Source: Porcipelethomonas ammoniilytica
GTDB taxonomy: Bacteria > Bacillota > Clostridia > Oscillospirales > Ruminococcaceae
NCBI RefSeq assembly: GCF_025567485.1
Contig: NZ_JAOQKH010000002.1
Coordinates: forward strand, 70,949-94,948
Direction: 5' to 3'
DNA: 24,000 nt
A program made the translations under genes and the position numbers. The notes below the pieces were generated by a model. The model saw only the letters and a program-made list of their open reading frames with translations. It was not told where the DNA came from and did no database searches. Shown here in pieces: positions 9,363 to 17,161 of the stretch (within the stretch, counting starts at the first letter, position 1; the number at the start of each line of letters is the position of its first letter).

Positions 9363-9407
9363 ATTTTAATTATACCATCATTTGATTCAGACCGTCAATA
9401 GCTGAAT
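9363..9407 (+). repeat. Leader element copy A (orphan)
   Basis: attttaattata(17 nt)ccgtcaatagctgaat; matches copy B at 9932-9976 with the same internal spacing. Confidence 0.8.
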
Positions 9408-9754
9408 CAGGATTTATTTTTTAGCTTTTCATGTATGATGTTCATGATATCTATTTTGTCTGAAAGGTTCAGTGATTTAAAAGCTATTGCAAATTCCGCT
9501 AATAGTTCGTCATGCTGCTCTATTTCATTAATATAATTATTTTCATTTATAACATGAGACTGATTGGTTCTGCCGAGTAAATAATCTACGGAGCAGTTAA
9601 AATAATCTGCTATATTTAACAGTATATCTCCCCTGGGGATTGTTCCGTTTTTCCAATGTGTAGCTGTTGCATTTGATAATTTTAACTTTTTACATACTGC
9701 ATTTGGTGTAGTACCATGTGATTCACATAATGCATAAAAGATATTCCAGAACAT
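9407..9754 (-). CDS. Xre-family HTH transcriptional regulator, paralogous to 8886..9230
   Basis: LKLSNATATHWKNGTIPRGDILLNIADYFNCSVDYLLGRTNQ. Start ATG at 9754 follows ATAAATGGAGGTTTTA; the listed 9766 start is the ATG that overlaps the RBS. Confidence 0.88.
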   Translation of the reverse strand: MFWNIFYALCESHGTTPNAVCKKLKLSNATATHWKNGTIPRGDILLNIADYFNCSVDYLLGRTNQSHVINENNYINEIEQHDELLAEFAIAFKSLNLSDKIDIMNIIHEKLKNKS

Positions 9755-9809
9755 TAAAACCTCCATTTATTAGCAAAATTCTACATAAATTTAGTTCGGA
9801 ATTTGTGAA

Positions 9810-9839
9810 ATTGTACAAAACCTAATAATTTGTAGACAA
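9810..9839 (-). promoter_or_regulatory. Predicted leftward promoter for the 9407..9754 regulator
   Basis: Reverse strand TTGTCT (9839-9834), 18 bp, TACAAT (9815-9810). Confidence 0.5.
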
Positions 9840-9844
9840 AAGCG

Positions 9845-9873
9845 TTGACATCTACAAAAATGTAGCATATAAT
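9845..9873 (+). promoter_or_regulatory. Predicted rightward promoter for the 10000..10431 regulator with operator-like palindrome in the spacer
   Basis: TTGACA (9845-9850), 17 bp, TATAAT (9868-9873); CTACAAAAATGTAG at 9852-9865. Confidence 0.85.
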
Positions 9874-9931
9874 TATAGTTAGTCATTGATACGGACAAGA
9901 AAACCTAAATTATATTTCTATTTTTTACCTG

Positions 9932-9976
9932 ATTTTAATTATAACATTAATTGGATTAGTCCGTCAATAGCTTAAT
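9932..9976 (+). repeat. Leader element copy B, upstream of the HTH gene
   Basis: attttaattata(17 nt)ccgtcaatagcttaat. Confidence 0.8.
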
Positions 9977-9999
9977 TTTATAAGATCGGAGAATGAAAA

Positions 10000-10431
10000 A
10001 TGTTGACAAACAGAGAATTTGCCAGACGATTTAAACAAATAAGAATGCAAAGCGGCGCTTCGCAGATTGAAACGGCGAAAGCGATATACCGTAATGAAAA
10101 TCATATAAAGAATATTGAAAGCGGAGTGACATTACCAACAATGAGAAATTTTTTTAAATTGTGTGATTTTTTTAATGTTACTCCACAGACTTTTTTTAAG
10201 AATGAAATTAAGTCTCCTTTTCTGAGATTAAAACAGCTCAGGGAGCAGCGGGGTATTACACAAATTAAGCTTGCGTTAGACTTGAATTTAAATCAGAACA
10301 GTATAAGCAGATATGAAAGCGGAGAACGTCAGGCGGATTACTCTACCTTAGTTCTTCTGGCAGATTACTTTAATGTTTCCGTTGATTATCTTTTGAATCG
10401 TACTAACAATCCGATATTTAATGAAAAATGA
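10000..10431 (+). CDS. Xre-family regulator with two HTH segments
   Basis: N-terminal FKQIRMQSGASQIETAKAIYRNENHIKNIESGVTLPTMRNFFKLCDFFNVTPQTFF and second LKQLREQRGITQIKLALDLNLNQNSISRYESGERQADYSTLVLLADYFNVSVDYLLNRT; RBS GGAG. Confidence 0.92.
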   Translation: MLTNREFARRFKQIRMQSGASQIETAKAIYRNENHIKNIESGVTLPTMRNFFKLCDFFNVTPQTFFKNEIKSPFLRLKQLREQRGITQIKLALDLNLNQNSISRYESGERQADYSTLVLLADYFNVSVDYLLNRTNNPIFNEK

Positions 10432-10460
10432 TAATTTTATTAAAAAGACTTTGCGAGTTT

Positions 10461-10992
10461 TCGCCCAGCCTTTTTCAATTTTTTCTTCAATCCTCTGTAT
10501 AATTACCTGTCGAGCCTTATAAAAATCAAATCATCATACTAAAGACGAAATTAAAGTTTTTTTGCTTACTTTTTTTCAAAATTTTTTCTTCATTTCTCTG
10601 CAAAGTAACTTTGCGAGAGTTTATAAAGTGTTTGAAGTTGATGAAATCCGGCATAAAAGTTTTCGCCCAGCCTTTTTCAATTTTTTTCTTCAATCCTCTG
10701 TTTACTTACCTGTCGAGCCTTATAAAAATCAAATTATCATACTAAAGACGATATTAAAGTTTTTTGCTTACTTTTTTTAAAATTTTTTCTTCATTTCTCT
10801 GCAAAGTAACTTTGCGAGAGTTTAGAAAGTGTTTGAAGTTGATGAAATCCGGCATAAAAGTTTTCGCCCAGCCTTTTTCAATTTTTTTCTTCAATCCTCT
10901 GTTTACTTACCTGTCGAGCCTTATAAAAATCAAATCATCATACTAAAGACGATATTAAAGTTTTTTGCTTACTTTTTTTCAAAAAAGTAAGC
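10461..10992. repeat. Right tandem array, period 201-202 bp (about 2.6 units), inverted relative to the left array
   Basis: tcgcccagcctttttcaat starts at 10461, 10663 and 10864. Each unit includes the reverse complement of the left ~103 bp unit plus ~98 bp containing gcaaagtaactttgc. Confidence 0.95.
10967..10992. repeat. Palindrome capping the right repeat array
   Basis: GCTTACTTTTTTTCAAAAAAGTAAGC. Confidence 0.85.
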
Positions 10993-10994
10993 GG

Positions 10995-11023
10995 TTGACA
11001 AAAAGGAAGAATCTGAGTATAAT
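10995..11023 (+). promoter_or_regulatory. Strong predicted promoter of the T-box operon
   Basis: TTGACA (10995-11000), 17 bp, TATAAT (11018-11023). Confidence 0.9.
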
Positions 11024-11029
11024 ATAGTA

Positions 11030-11275
11030 TAGTTATATAATTAAAGACGTAGCAGTCAGAGTAGCCTTTTCGGACGCATTGCAGAGAGTTCTGTATGGGT
11101 GTGAGCAGAATATGCGAGAAAATGTGAAGTGCGGCTGTCAGTTCGGGGCAGGAACGGAATTCTTTCTGAGTATTGCTCTGCGTTTTTCCTCGTTACGGAA
11201 ATCAAGCTATAAATTAAGAGTGGAACCGCGGACTATCCGCCTCTTGACCTTTGCGGGCAGGAGGCTTTTTTTATA
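11030..11275 (+). ncRNA. T-box riboswitch leader, predicted cysteine-specific
   Basis: AGAGAG...GGGTGTGAGCAG apical features, candidate specifier TGC (gtgaagTGCgg, 11130-11132), T-box sequence TGGAACCGCGG (11221-11231), downstream terminator, followed by cysE and cysS. Confidence 0.92.
11239..11273 (+). terminator. T-box intrinsic terminator
   Basis: GCCTCTTG ... CAGGAGGC followed by TTTTTTT. Confidence 0.88.
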
Positions 11276-11305
11276 CGATAAATAATAAAAAGGGGTGATC
11301 AAATA

Positions 11306-11947
11306 TTGTTTAAACAGTTGAGAGAAGACATTGCTCTCGTAAAAGAACGTGATCCTGCGGCAAGAAGTTCGTTTGAAATATGGCTGACCTATTCTGGACT
11401 TCATGCTGTTCACAGTTACAGACGGGCTCACTGGTTCTATAAGAAAAAGATGTTTACAATAGCCAGAATCATTTCGCAGTTTGCAAGATTCCGGACAGGA
11501 ATAGAAATTCATCCGGGCGCTAAAATAGGAAAAGGACTTTTTATAGATCACGGTATGGGAGTTGTAATAGGCGAAACTGCCGAGATCGGCGACAACTGCC
11601 TTATATATCAGGGAGTGACCCTTGGAGGTACGGGCAAGGAAAAGGGCAAAAGACATCCTACCTTGGGAGACAATGTAATGGTAGGGGCAGGTGCAAAAGT
11701 TTTAGGACCGTTTAAAATAGGAAACAATGTTAAAATTGCTGCAGGAGCCGTAGTGCTTGAAGCTATTCCCGATAACTGTACCGCAGCGGGAGTTCCGGCA
11801 AGAGTTGTAAGAAACAATGGCGCTAAGGTATGCAAGGAGCTTGATCAGATCCATATTCCCGACCCTGTAGCGCAGGAAATGTGTTCTATGTATATGAAGA
11901 TTGAAAAGCTGCAAAAGGAAGTGGAAAAGCTTGAAGCTGAAAGCTGA
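11306..11947 (+). CDS. cysE: Serine O-acetyltransferase
   Basis: Left-handed beta-helix hexapeptide repeats, [73 protein letters not shown] start after AGGGGTG. Confidence 0.96.
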   Translation: MFKQLREDIALVKERDPAARSSFEIWLTYSGLHAVHSYRRAHWFYKKKMFTIARIISQFARFRTGIEIHPGAKIGKGLFIDHGMGVVIGETAEIGDNCLIYQGVTLGGTGKEKGKRHPTLGDNVMVGAGAKVLGPFKIGNNVKIAAGAVVLEAIPDNCTAAGVPARVVRNNGAKVCKELDQIHIPDPVAQEMCSMYMKIEKLQKEVEKLEAES

Positions 11948-12458
11948 TTGGAAGTTTCCGAAGATTCATATAGGAATGCGTATCTGGAAAACGGTAATAG
12001 CTGTATTTATATGTGCTGTTTTGGGAATGATCTTTAATATCCATCCATTTTACAGTATGATTGCGGCGATTTTATGTATGCAGGCAAATACCAGCGAAAG
12101 TATTAAAAAAGGCGTGGTAAGATGCGTGGGTACTTTTATCGGAGGAATGGCGGCGGTATTGGTACTGCTGATAATCGATTTTACTCCGCTTGTGCCGTTT
12201 TCTTTTTTATATTATATTTTAATATCGCTTTGTATTGCACCGGTCATTTATCTCACGGTTTTATTAAACCGTGAGTCCAGTGCATATATATCCTGTGTGG
12301 TATTTTTAAGTATCGTTCTATCTCATTTTGACTTTGAGAATCATTATCTTTTTGCTCTTCAGCGTATGCTGGAAACTGTTGCAGGTATATTTACGGCTGT
12401 AGCTGTTAACAAAATTATAAGAAATCAAGATAATAAACAGGAAAGAAAGGAATCTTGA
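11901..12458 (+). CDS. Small membrane protein resembling the N-terminal membrane domain of aromatic-acid-exporter/FUSC-type proteins; true start probably downstream of 11901 (for example ATG 11976)
   Basis: [64 protein letters not shown]. Overlap with cysE suggests the listed TTG start is too early. Confidence 0.72.
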   Translation: MKSCKRKWKSLKLKADWKFPKIHIGMRIWKTVIAVFICAVLGMIFNIHPFYSMIAAILCMQANTSESIKKGVVRCVGTFIGGMAAVLVLLIIDFTPLVPFSFLYYILISLCIAPVIYLTVLLNRESSAYISCVVFLSIVLSHFDFENHYLFALQRMLETVAGIFTAVAVNKIIRNQDNKQERKES

Positions 12459-12461
12459 ACT

Positions 12462-13859
12462 ATGAAGATATACAATACGTTAACCGGTCAGAAAGAGGAT
12501 TTCAAACCTATTGAAGAAGGAAAAGCGGGTATTTACGTTTGCGGCCCTACTGTTTATAATTTTATCCATATCGGTAATGCACGTCCTATATGCGTGTTTG
12601 ACGTGTTCAGAAGATATCTGGAATTCAAGGGCTATGATGTGACGTTTATTCAGAATTATACTGATGTAAATGATAAAATTATTAAACAGGCAAAGCTTGA
12701 AAATTCAACTCCGGAAGAAACTGCATTGAAATACATTCATGAATATGAAACCGACGCTAAGGGTCTGAATGTAAGACCTGCCGATGTTCACCCGAAAGTT
12801 TCACTTTATATGGATAAAATTATTGATATGATCCAAACTCTTGTAGATAACGGGTATGCTTATGAATCAAATGGCGACGTATACTACAGAACAAGAAAAT
12901 TTGAGGGCTATGGAAAGCTTTCAAAGCAGTCCCTAGACGACCTTATAGCAGGTGCAAGAGTTGAGGTAAGCGATATCAAGGAAGATCCTCTTGATTTTGC
13001 ACTTTGGAAGTCAGCAGGGGAAGACGAGCAGCACTGGGATTCTCCGTGGGGCAAGGGCAGACCCGGTTGGCATATTGAATGCTCGGCGATGGCTAAGGAC
13101 TGTTTAGGAGATACTATTGATATTCATTGCGGCGGCAAGGATTTAGTATTTCCTCATCATGAAAATGAAATTGCACAGTCGGAAGCAGCGACAGGTAAAA
13201 ACTTTGCGAATTACTGGATGCATAACGGACACATTAATATAGATAATAAAAAGATGTCCAAGTCTGCGGGAAACTTTTTCCTCACAAGAGACGCCGCCGC
13301 AAAGTACGGCTATGAGACTATCAGATACTTAATGATTCAGGCTCATTACAGAATGCCTATGAACTATACCGCTGAGCTTTTGGATTCGTGTAAGGCTTCT
13401 TTGGAACGTTTATATAATTGCCGTGAAAATCTTGACAAGGCAATAGAAAAGGCAGTAAACGGCAGTATTACGGCTGAAGCGGAGGAGATATTTGAAAAGA
13501 GAAAAAATCAGTTTATTACCGCAATGGACGATGATCTTAACACAGCAGACGGTCTGACGGCAATATTCGAGCTGGTTCGTGACCTTAACAAAATGATCTC
13601 CGATCCAGAAACATCAAAGGAACAGCTTGTGAAAGGCGCAGAGCTATTTGACTGTCTTACAGGGGTTCTGGGAATACTTTACAACAGAAATGAGAAGGAA
13701 GAAATTCCCGGGGAAATTCTGGAACTTGTTCAAAAGAGAAAAGAAGCAAGAAAGGCGAAGGATTTTGCTTTGGCGGATAAAATAAGAGACGAAATTACCG
13801 CTATGGGATATACGGTAAAGGAAACAAGACAGGGTACGGAAATTACTAAGAGCAACTGA
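12462..13859 (+). CDS. cysS: Cysteinyl-tRNA synthetase
   Basis: YVCGPTVYNFIHIGNARP, GKLSKQ, PGWHIECSAMAKDCLGDTIDIHCGGKDLVFPHHENEIAQSEA, KMSKSAGNFF. Confidence 0.98.
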   Translation: MKIYNTLTGQKEDFKPIEEGKAGIYVCGPTVYNFIHIGNARPICVFDVFRRYLEFKGYDVTFIQNYTDVNDKIIKQAKLENSTPEETALKYIHEYETDAKGLNVRPADVHPKVSLYMDKIIDMIQTLVDNGYAYESNGDVYYRTRKFEGYGKLSKQSLDDLIAGARVEVSDIKEDPLDFALWKSAGEDEQHWDSPWGKGRPGWHIECSAMAKDCLGDTIDIHCGGKDLVFPHHENEIAQSEAATGKNFANYWMHNGHINIDNKKMSKSAGNFFLTRDAAAKYGYETIRYLMIQAHYRMPMNYTAELLDSCKASLERLYNCRENLDKAIEKAVNGSITAEAEEIFEKRKNQFITAMDDDLNTADGLTAIFELVRDLNKMISDPETSKEQLVKGAELFDCLTGVLGILYNRNEKEEIPGEILELVQKRKEARKAKDFALADKIRDEITAMGYTVKETRQGTEITKSN

Positions 13860-13869
13860 GGTAAGGTAA

Positions 13870-14661
13870 ATGACTAGAAAATTCAGATTTATTTTAATGG
13901 GATTAGTGGCTAGTGCAGCGATAAGTTTTGCAGGGGTATCATGTATGCAGTATATATCAAGCAGTACGGGAAGTTATATAGACATGAGTACGCTTGAACT
14001 GGTTCAGACTCAGGAACCTGAAAACGGTGATCCTATAGCTACAATAAAAACCAGTCTGGGAGATATAAAGGTTGTTTTGTATCCGGAATACGCTCCGAAT
14101 GCTGTAAAAAATTTTACAGATCTTGCAGAAAGCGGATATTATGACAATACTTATGTTTTTAATTCCGAGCCGGGAGTGTATTTTGGTGCGGGAAGTCCTA
14201 ACAAAAACGGCGATCTGAATAAGGATAATGAACAGGCGGCTTTGGAATATGAGCAGGAGCTTCATCAGAATCTCTGGCCCTTTAAGGGTGCGCTTTGCAG
14301 TCTTACAACAAGCGAGGAGGGCGGATTCTGGAAAAAATTCAAGGGTGAATCAAAGATTCTTAACGGCAGCAGATTTGCGGTGTTAAACAGCGTTGAATTT
14401 ACCGAGGATCTCAAAAAAGAGCTTCTTGAATCGGATAAAAATACTACTCTTGCCGAGGCTTTTATAGAATACGGAGGCTGTCCCAGTCTGTCCCAGAAAA
14501 TAACCGTATTCGGGCAGACATATGAAGGCTTTGATGTTATTGATAAGCTTACTTCTCTGGAAATAACTGACAGTAAGGACGGTACTAAAATCCCTGTGGA
14601 GGATATAATGATCGAAACAATTGAAATCGGAACTTACAGTTCCAAGAGCGATTTAAAATAA
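13870..14661 (+). CDS. Cyclophilin-fold secreted lipoprotein with degenerate active-site motif
   Basis: N-terminal signal peptide with cysteine (FAGVSC), ATIKTSLGDIKVVLYPEYAPNAVKNFTDLAESGYYDN is cyclophilin-like, but the FHRVI..FMIQGGD block reads VFNSEPGVYFGAGS. Confidence 0.82.
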   Translation: MTRKFRFILMGLVASAAISFAGVSCMQYISSSTGSYIDMSTLELVQTQEPENGDPIATIKTSLGDIKVVLYPEYAPNAVKNFTDLAESGYYDNTYVFNSEPGVYFGAGSPNKNGDLNKDNEQAALEYEQELHQNLWPFKGALCSLTTSEEGGFWKKFKGESKILNGSRFAVLNSVEFTEDLKKELLESDKNTTLAEAFIEYGGCPSLSQKITVFGQTYEGFDVIDKLTSLEITDSKDGTKIPVEDIMIETIEIGTYSSKSDLK

Positions 14662-14786
14662 ATATGTAAAAGCAATTACCCAACTCCAGAAAGTATGTTT
14701 TGTTAAATTTGACAGTTATAAATTAAAAATCAAGCGTGAAATTGGTTTAAAATTTACCAATAATCATTACAATATGTCTTGAATAC

Positions 14787-14815
14787 TTTACAAATTCGGT
14801 TAAAGAGGTTATAAT
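14787..14815 (+). promoter_or_regulatory. Predicted promoter for the 14853 cyclophilin lipoprotein gene
   Basis: TTTACA (14787-14792), 17 bp, TATAAT (14810-14815). Confidence 0.65.
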
Positions 14816-14852
14816 GGTAAAGTTAATATGAAATTATCAGAGGTGTAAATAT

Positions 14853-15647
14853 ATGTTGAATTTTAAAAAGATAACTGCGGCAGCAGTGTGCTGTGTGCTT
14901 TTTACAGCTTTTGCGTCAGGCTGCGGCGATGATGCGTCAGGAAGTTCAGAAAAAGGAAGCGGCAGTGAAGCTTCATCAGTTTCGTCTACTCAGACTGAAG
15001 CCGGTAAGGTCTTAAATTTTACCGCTCCGGAAAAAGGCGAGGAAATTGCCGTATTGACTATCAAGGATTACGGAGATATCAAGATCAAGCTTTTTCCTGA
15101 AGAAGCTGAAAAAGGTGTTGAGAACTTTACAGGTCTTGCAAAGGACGGTTATTACGATAATCTGATATTCCACAGAGTTATAAATGATTTTATGATTCAG
15201 GGCGGCGATCCGTTGGGAAACGGTACCGGCGGAGAATCCATTTGGGGCGATAAGTTTGACGGAGGAACTTCCGAAAATCTTATCCATACCGCAGGGGCTG
15301 TGGCTTATGCAAACAGCGGAAGTACTTCAACAAACGGCAGTCAGTTTTATATAGTGACCGGTACTAAGTATGAGGAGGCCGATCTTACTCAGATGGCGGA
15401 GTATTATGGTTTGACTCTGAGTGACGAAGCAAAGAAAATTTATACGGAAGACGGAGGAACGCCGTGGCTTGACGGAGGATATACTGTTTTCGGTCAGGTG
15501 TTTGACGGTCTTGATATTGTTTTTGAGCTTCAGAAAGCTGCTACAGACAGTTCCGATAAACCGGAAACCGACATTGTTATAGAAAAAATCTCCATTGAAA
15601 AGTATGACGGCGAGGACGTTAAATTTCATATGAGCGATTATAAGTAA
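14853..15647 (+). CDS. Cyclophilin-type peptidyl-prolyl cis-trans isomerase, lipoprotein
   Basis: Lipobox TAFASGC; NLIFHRVINDFMIQGGDPLGNGTGGESIWGDKF; SQFYIVTG; FGQVFDGLDIV. Confidence 0.94.
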   Translation: MLNFKKITAAAVCCVLFTAFASGCGDDASGSSEKGSGSEASSVSSTQTEAGKVLNFTAPEKGEEIAVLTIKDYGDIKIKLFPEEAEKGVENFTGLAKDGYYDNLIFHRVINDFMIQGGDPLGNGTGGESIWGDKFDGGTSENLIHTAGAVAYANSGSTSTNGSQFYIVTGTKYEEADLTQMAEYYGLTLSDEAKKIYTEDGGTPWLDGGYTVFGQVFDGLDIVFELQKAATDSSDKPETDIVIEKISIEKYDGEDVKFHMSDYK

Positions 15648-15862
15648 GTTATTTATATTTAATTATTAAATAAATATTTTTATTATTTTAAAAATGTGCA
15701 CAAACATTTTTCCGTCCGGAAAAAATCAGAATTTTCGCCTGCAAGAAAATCTGTACTTTTTTATAAATAAAAGGATATTTTTCCGATTCGGGCTTATAAT
15801 AAAAAAGGTGAAGAAAAAGAAGAGGGTATTCGTCTGCACGGATATCTTAAGGAGAGAAAATC

Positions 15863-17146
15863 TTGGAAAAATTTGTTGTTAAGGGCGGTCGCTGTCTGCA
15901 TGGCGAAGTCGAAATCAGCGGAGCTAAAAACGCTGCCGTTGGAATTATACCGGCTGTAATACTGTCCGATGAACCTTGTATTCTTGAAAATGTACCGGAT
16001 ATAAGTGACGTTTCAATAAGTCTGAGAATTCTTTATGAAATGGGCGCGCAGGTACAAACCATCAGCAGAAACACATTCAGAATCGACGCAAGCAGGATCA
16101 ATAATTTTTGTGTGCCTTATGAAAGCGCAAGACAGATGAGAGCTTCTTATTATTTTCTCGGAGCGTTGCTGGGAAAATTCAATAAGGCGAGAGTTTCAAT
16201 GCCGGGAGGATGTCCTTTGGGAGATCGTCCTATCGATCAGCATCTGAAAGCGTTTTCCGCATTGGGTGCGAATTGCAATCTTGATCATGGTATGATCGAC
16301 GTAACTGCCGACAGTCTTAGAGGAAATCAGATCTATCTGGACGTTGTTTCTGTAGGCGCAACAATGAACGCAATGCTTGCCGCTGTAAAAGCAAAGGGAC
16401 TGAGCATCATTGAAAACGCAGCAAAAGAACCGCATATTGTCGATCTTGCTAATTTCCTGAACTCAATGGGAGCAGACATCATGGGTGCCGGAACTGATGT
16501 AATTAAAATCAGGGGCGTTGACTATTTGAGAGGTACTACTTATTCTGTAATTCCGGATCAGATCGAAGCGGGTACATTTATGGTTGCAGCAGCAGCTACT
16601 GGCGGAGACATTCTTGTAAAAAACGTTATTCCAAAGCATCTTGAATCAATAACAAACAAGCTTGAAAAAATCGGTGTTAATATCGAAGAATTTGATGACA
16701 GTGTAAGAGTATGGGTCGATGGACCTTTGGTTAAAACTAATATTAAAACCATGCCTCACCCTGGATTTCCTACAGATATGCAGCCGCAGATGGCTACATT
16801 GCTTACTCTTGCTGAAGGAACCAGTATTATTACAGAAGGTGTCTGGGAACAGCGTTTCCGTTATGTTGACGAACTCAGAAGAATGGGCGCCGATATTTCA
16901 GTAGATGGAAAGGTTGCAGTAATTGAGGGCACAGGCTGTTTACAAGGCGCACCTGTTAAAGCATGTGATTTGAGAGCCGGTGCGGCACTGATTATTGCAG
17001 GACTTGCAGCTACCGGTGTTACTGAAGTGGAAGATATTCATCATATTGAACGTGGATATGATAATCTTGACAAAAAGCTTCAAATGTTAGGTGCAGATAT
17101 TGTTAAAAAGCATTTTCCGGGAGCGTCGGTTAAAAAAGCTTTATAG
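15863..17146 (+). CDS. murA: UDP-N-acetylglucosamine 1-carboxyvinyltransferase
   Basis: GGRCLHGEVEISGAKNAAVGIIPA, PGGCPLGDRPIDQHL (catalytic Cys loop), DLRAGAALIIAGLAATG. TTG start after AAGGAGAG. Confidence 0.97.
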   Translation: MEKFVVKGGRCLHGEVEISGAKNAAVGIIPAVILSDEPCILENVPDISDVSISLRILYEMGAQVQTISRNTFRIDASRINNFCVPYESARQMRASYYFLGALLGKFNKARVSMPGGCPLGDRPIDQHLKAFSALGANCNLDHGMIDVTADSLRGNQIYLDVVSVGATMNAMLAAVKAKGLSIIENAAKEPHIVDLANFLNSMGADIMGAGTDVIKIRGVDYLRGTTYSVIPDQIEAGTFMVAAAATGGDILVKNVIPKHLESITNKLEKIGVNIEEFDDSVRVWVDGPLVKTNIKTMPHPGFPTDMQPQMATLLTLAEGTSIITEGVWEQRFRYVDELRRMGADISVDGKVAVIEGTGCLQGAPVKACDLRAGAALIIAGLAATGVTEVEDIHHIERGYDNLDKKLQMLGADIVKKHFPGASVKKAL

Positions 17147-17161
17147 TTAAGAATTTGTTCG

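Noticed and set aside
10562-10946. Two small ORFs (72 and 60 aa) with similar peptides
   Set aside because: They are the same noncoding 201 bp repeat read in the same frame, so similarity reflects the DNA repeat and not a protein family.
8361-10993. Toxin-antitoxin or phage-defence system
   Set aside because: The island has three HTH proteins but no candidate toxin, nuclease, ATPase or other effector ORF on either strand.
11079-11285. 68 aa ORF upstream of cysE
   Set aside because: It lies wholly inside the T-box leader RNA.
15694-15882. 62 aa plus-strand ORF before murA
   Set aside because: Lys/Phe-rich translation of the AT-rich intergenic region containing a short palindrome (TTTTTCCG-tc-CGGAAAAA, 15707-15724). 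No convincing RBS, and it overlaps the murA start.
16196-16435. Antisense ORFs within murA, psd, pssA, thiC and GH5 (for example 16196..16435, 18776..18979, 19344..19529, 21351..21542)
   Set aside because: All overlap strongly supported genes on the opposite strand, without RBS or recognised domains.
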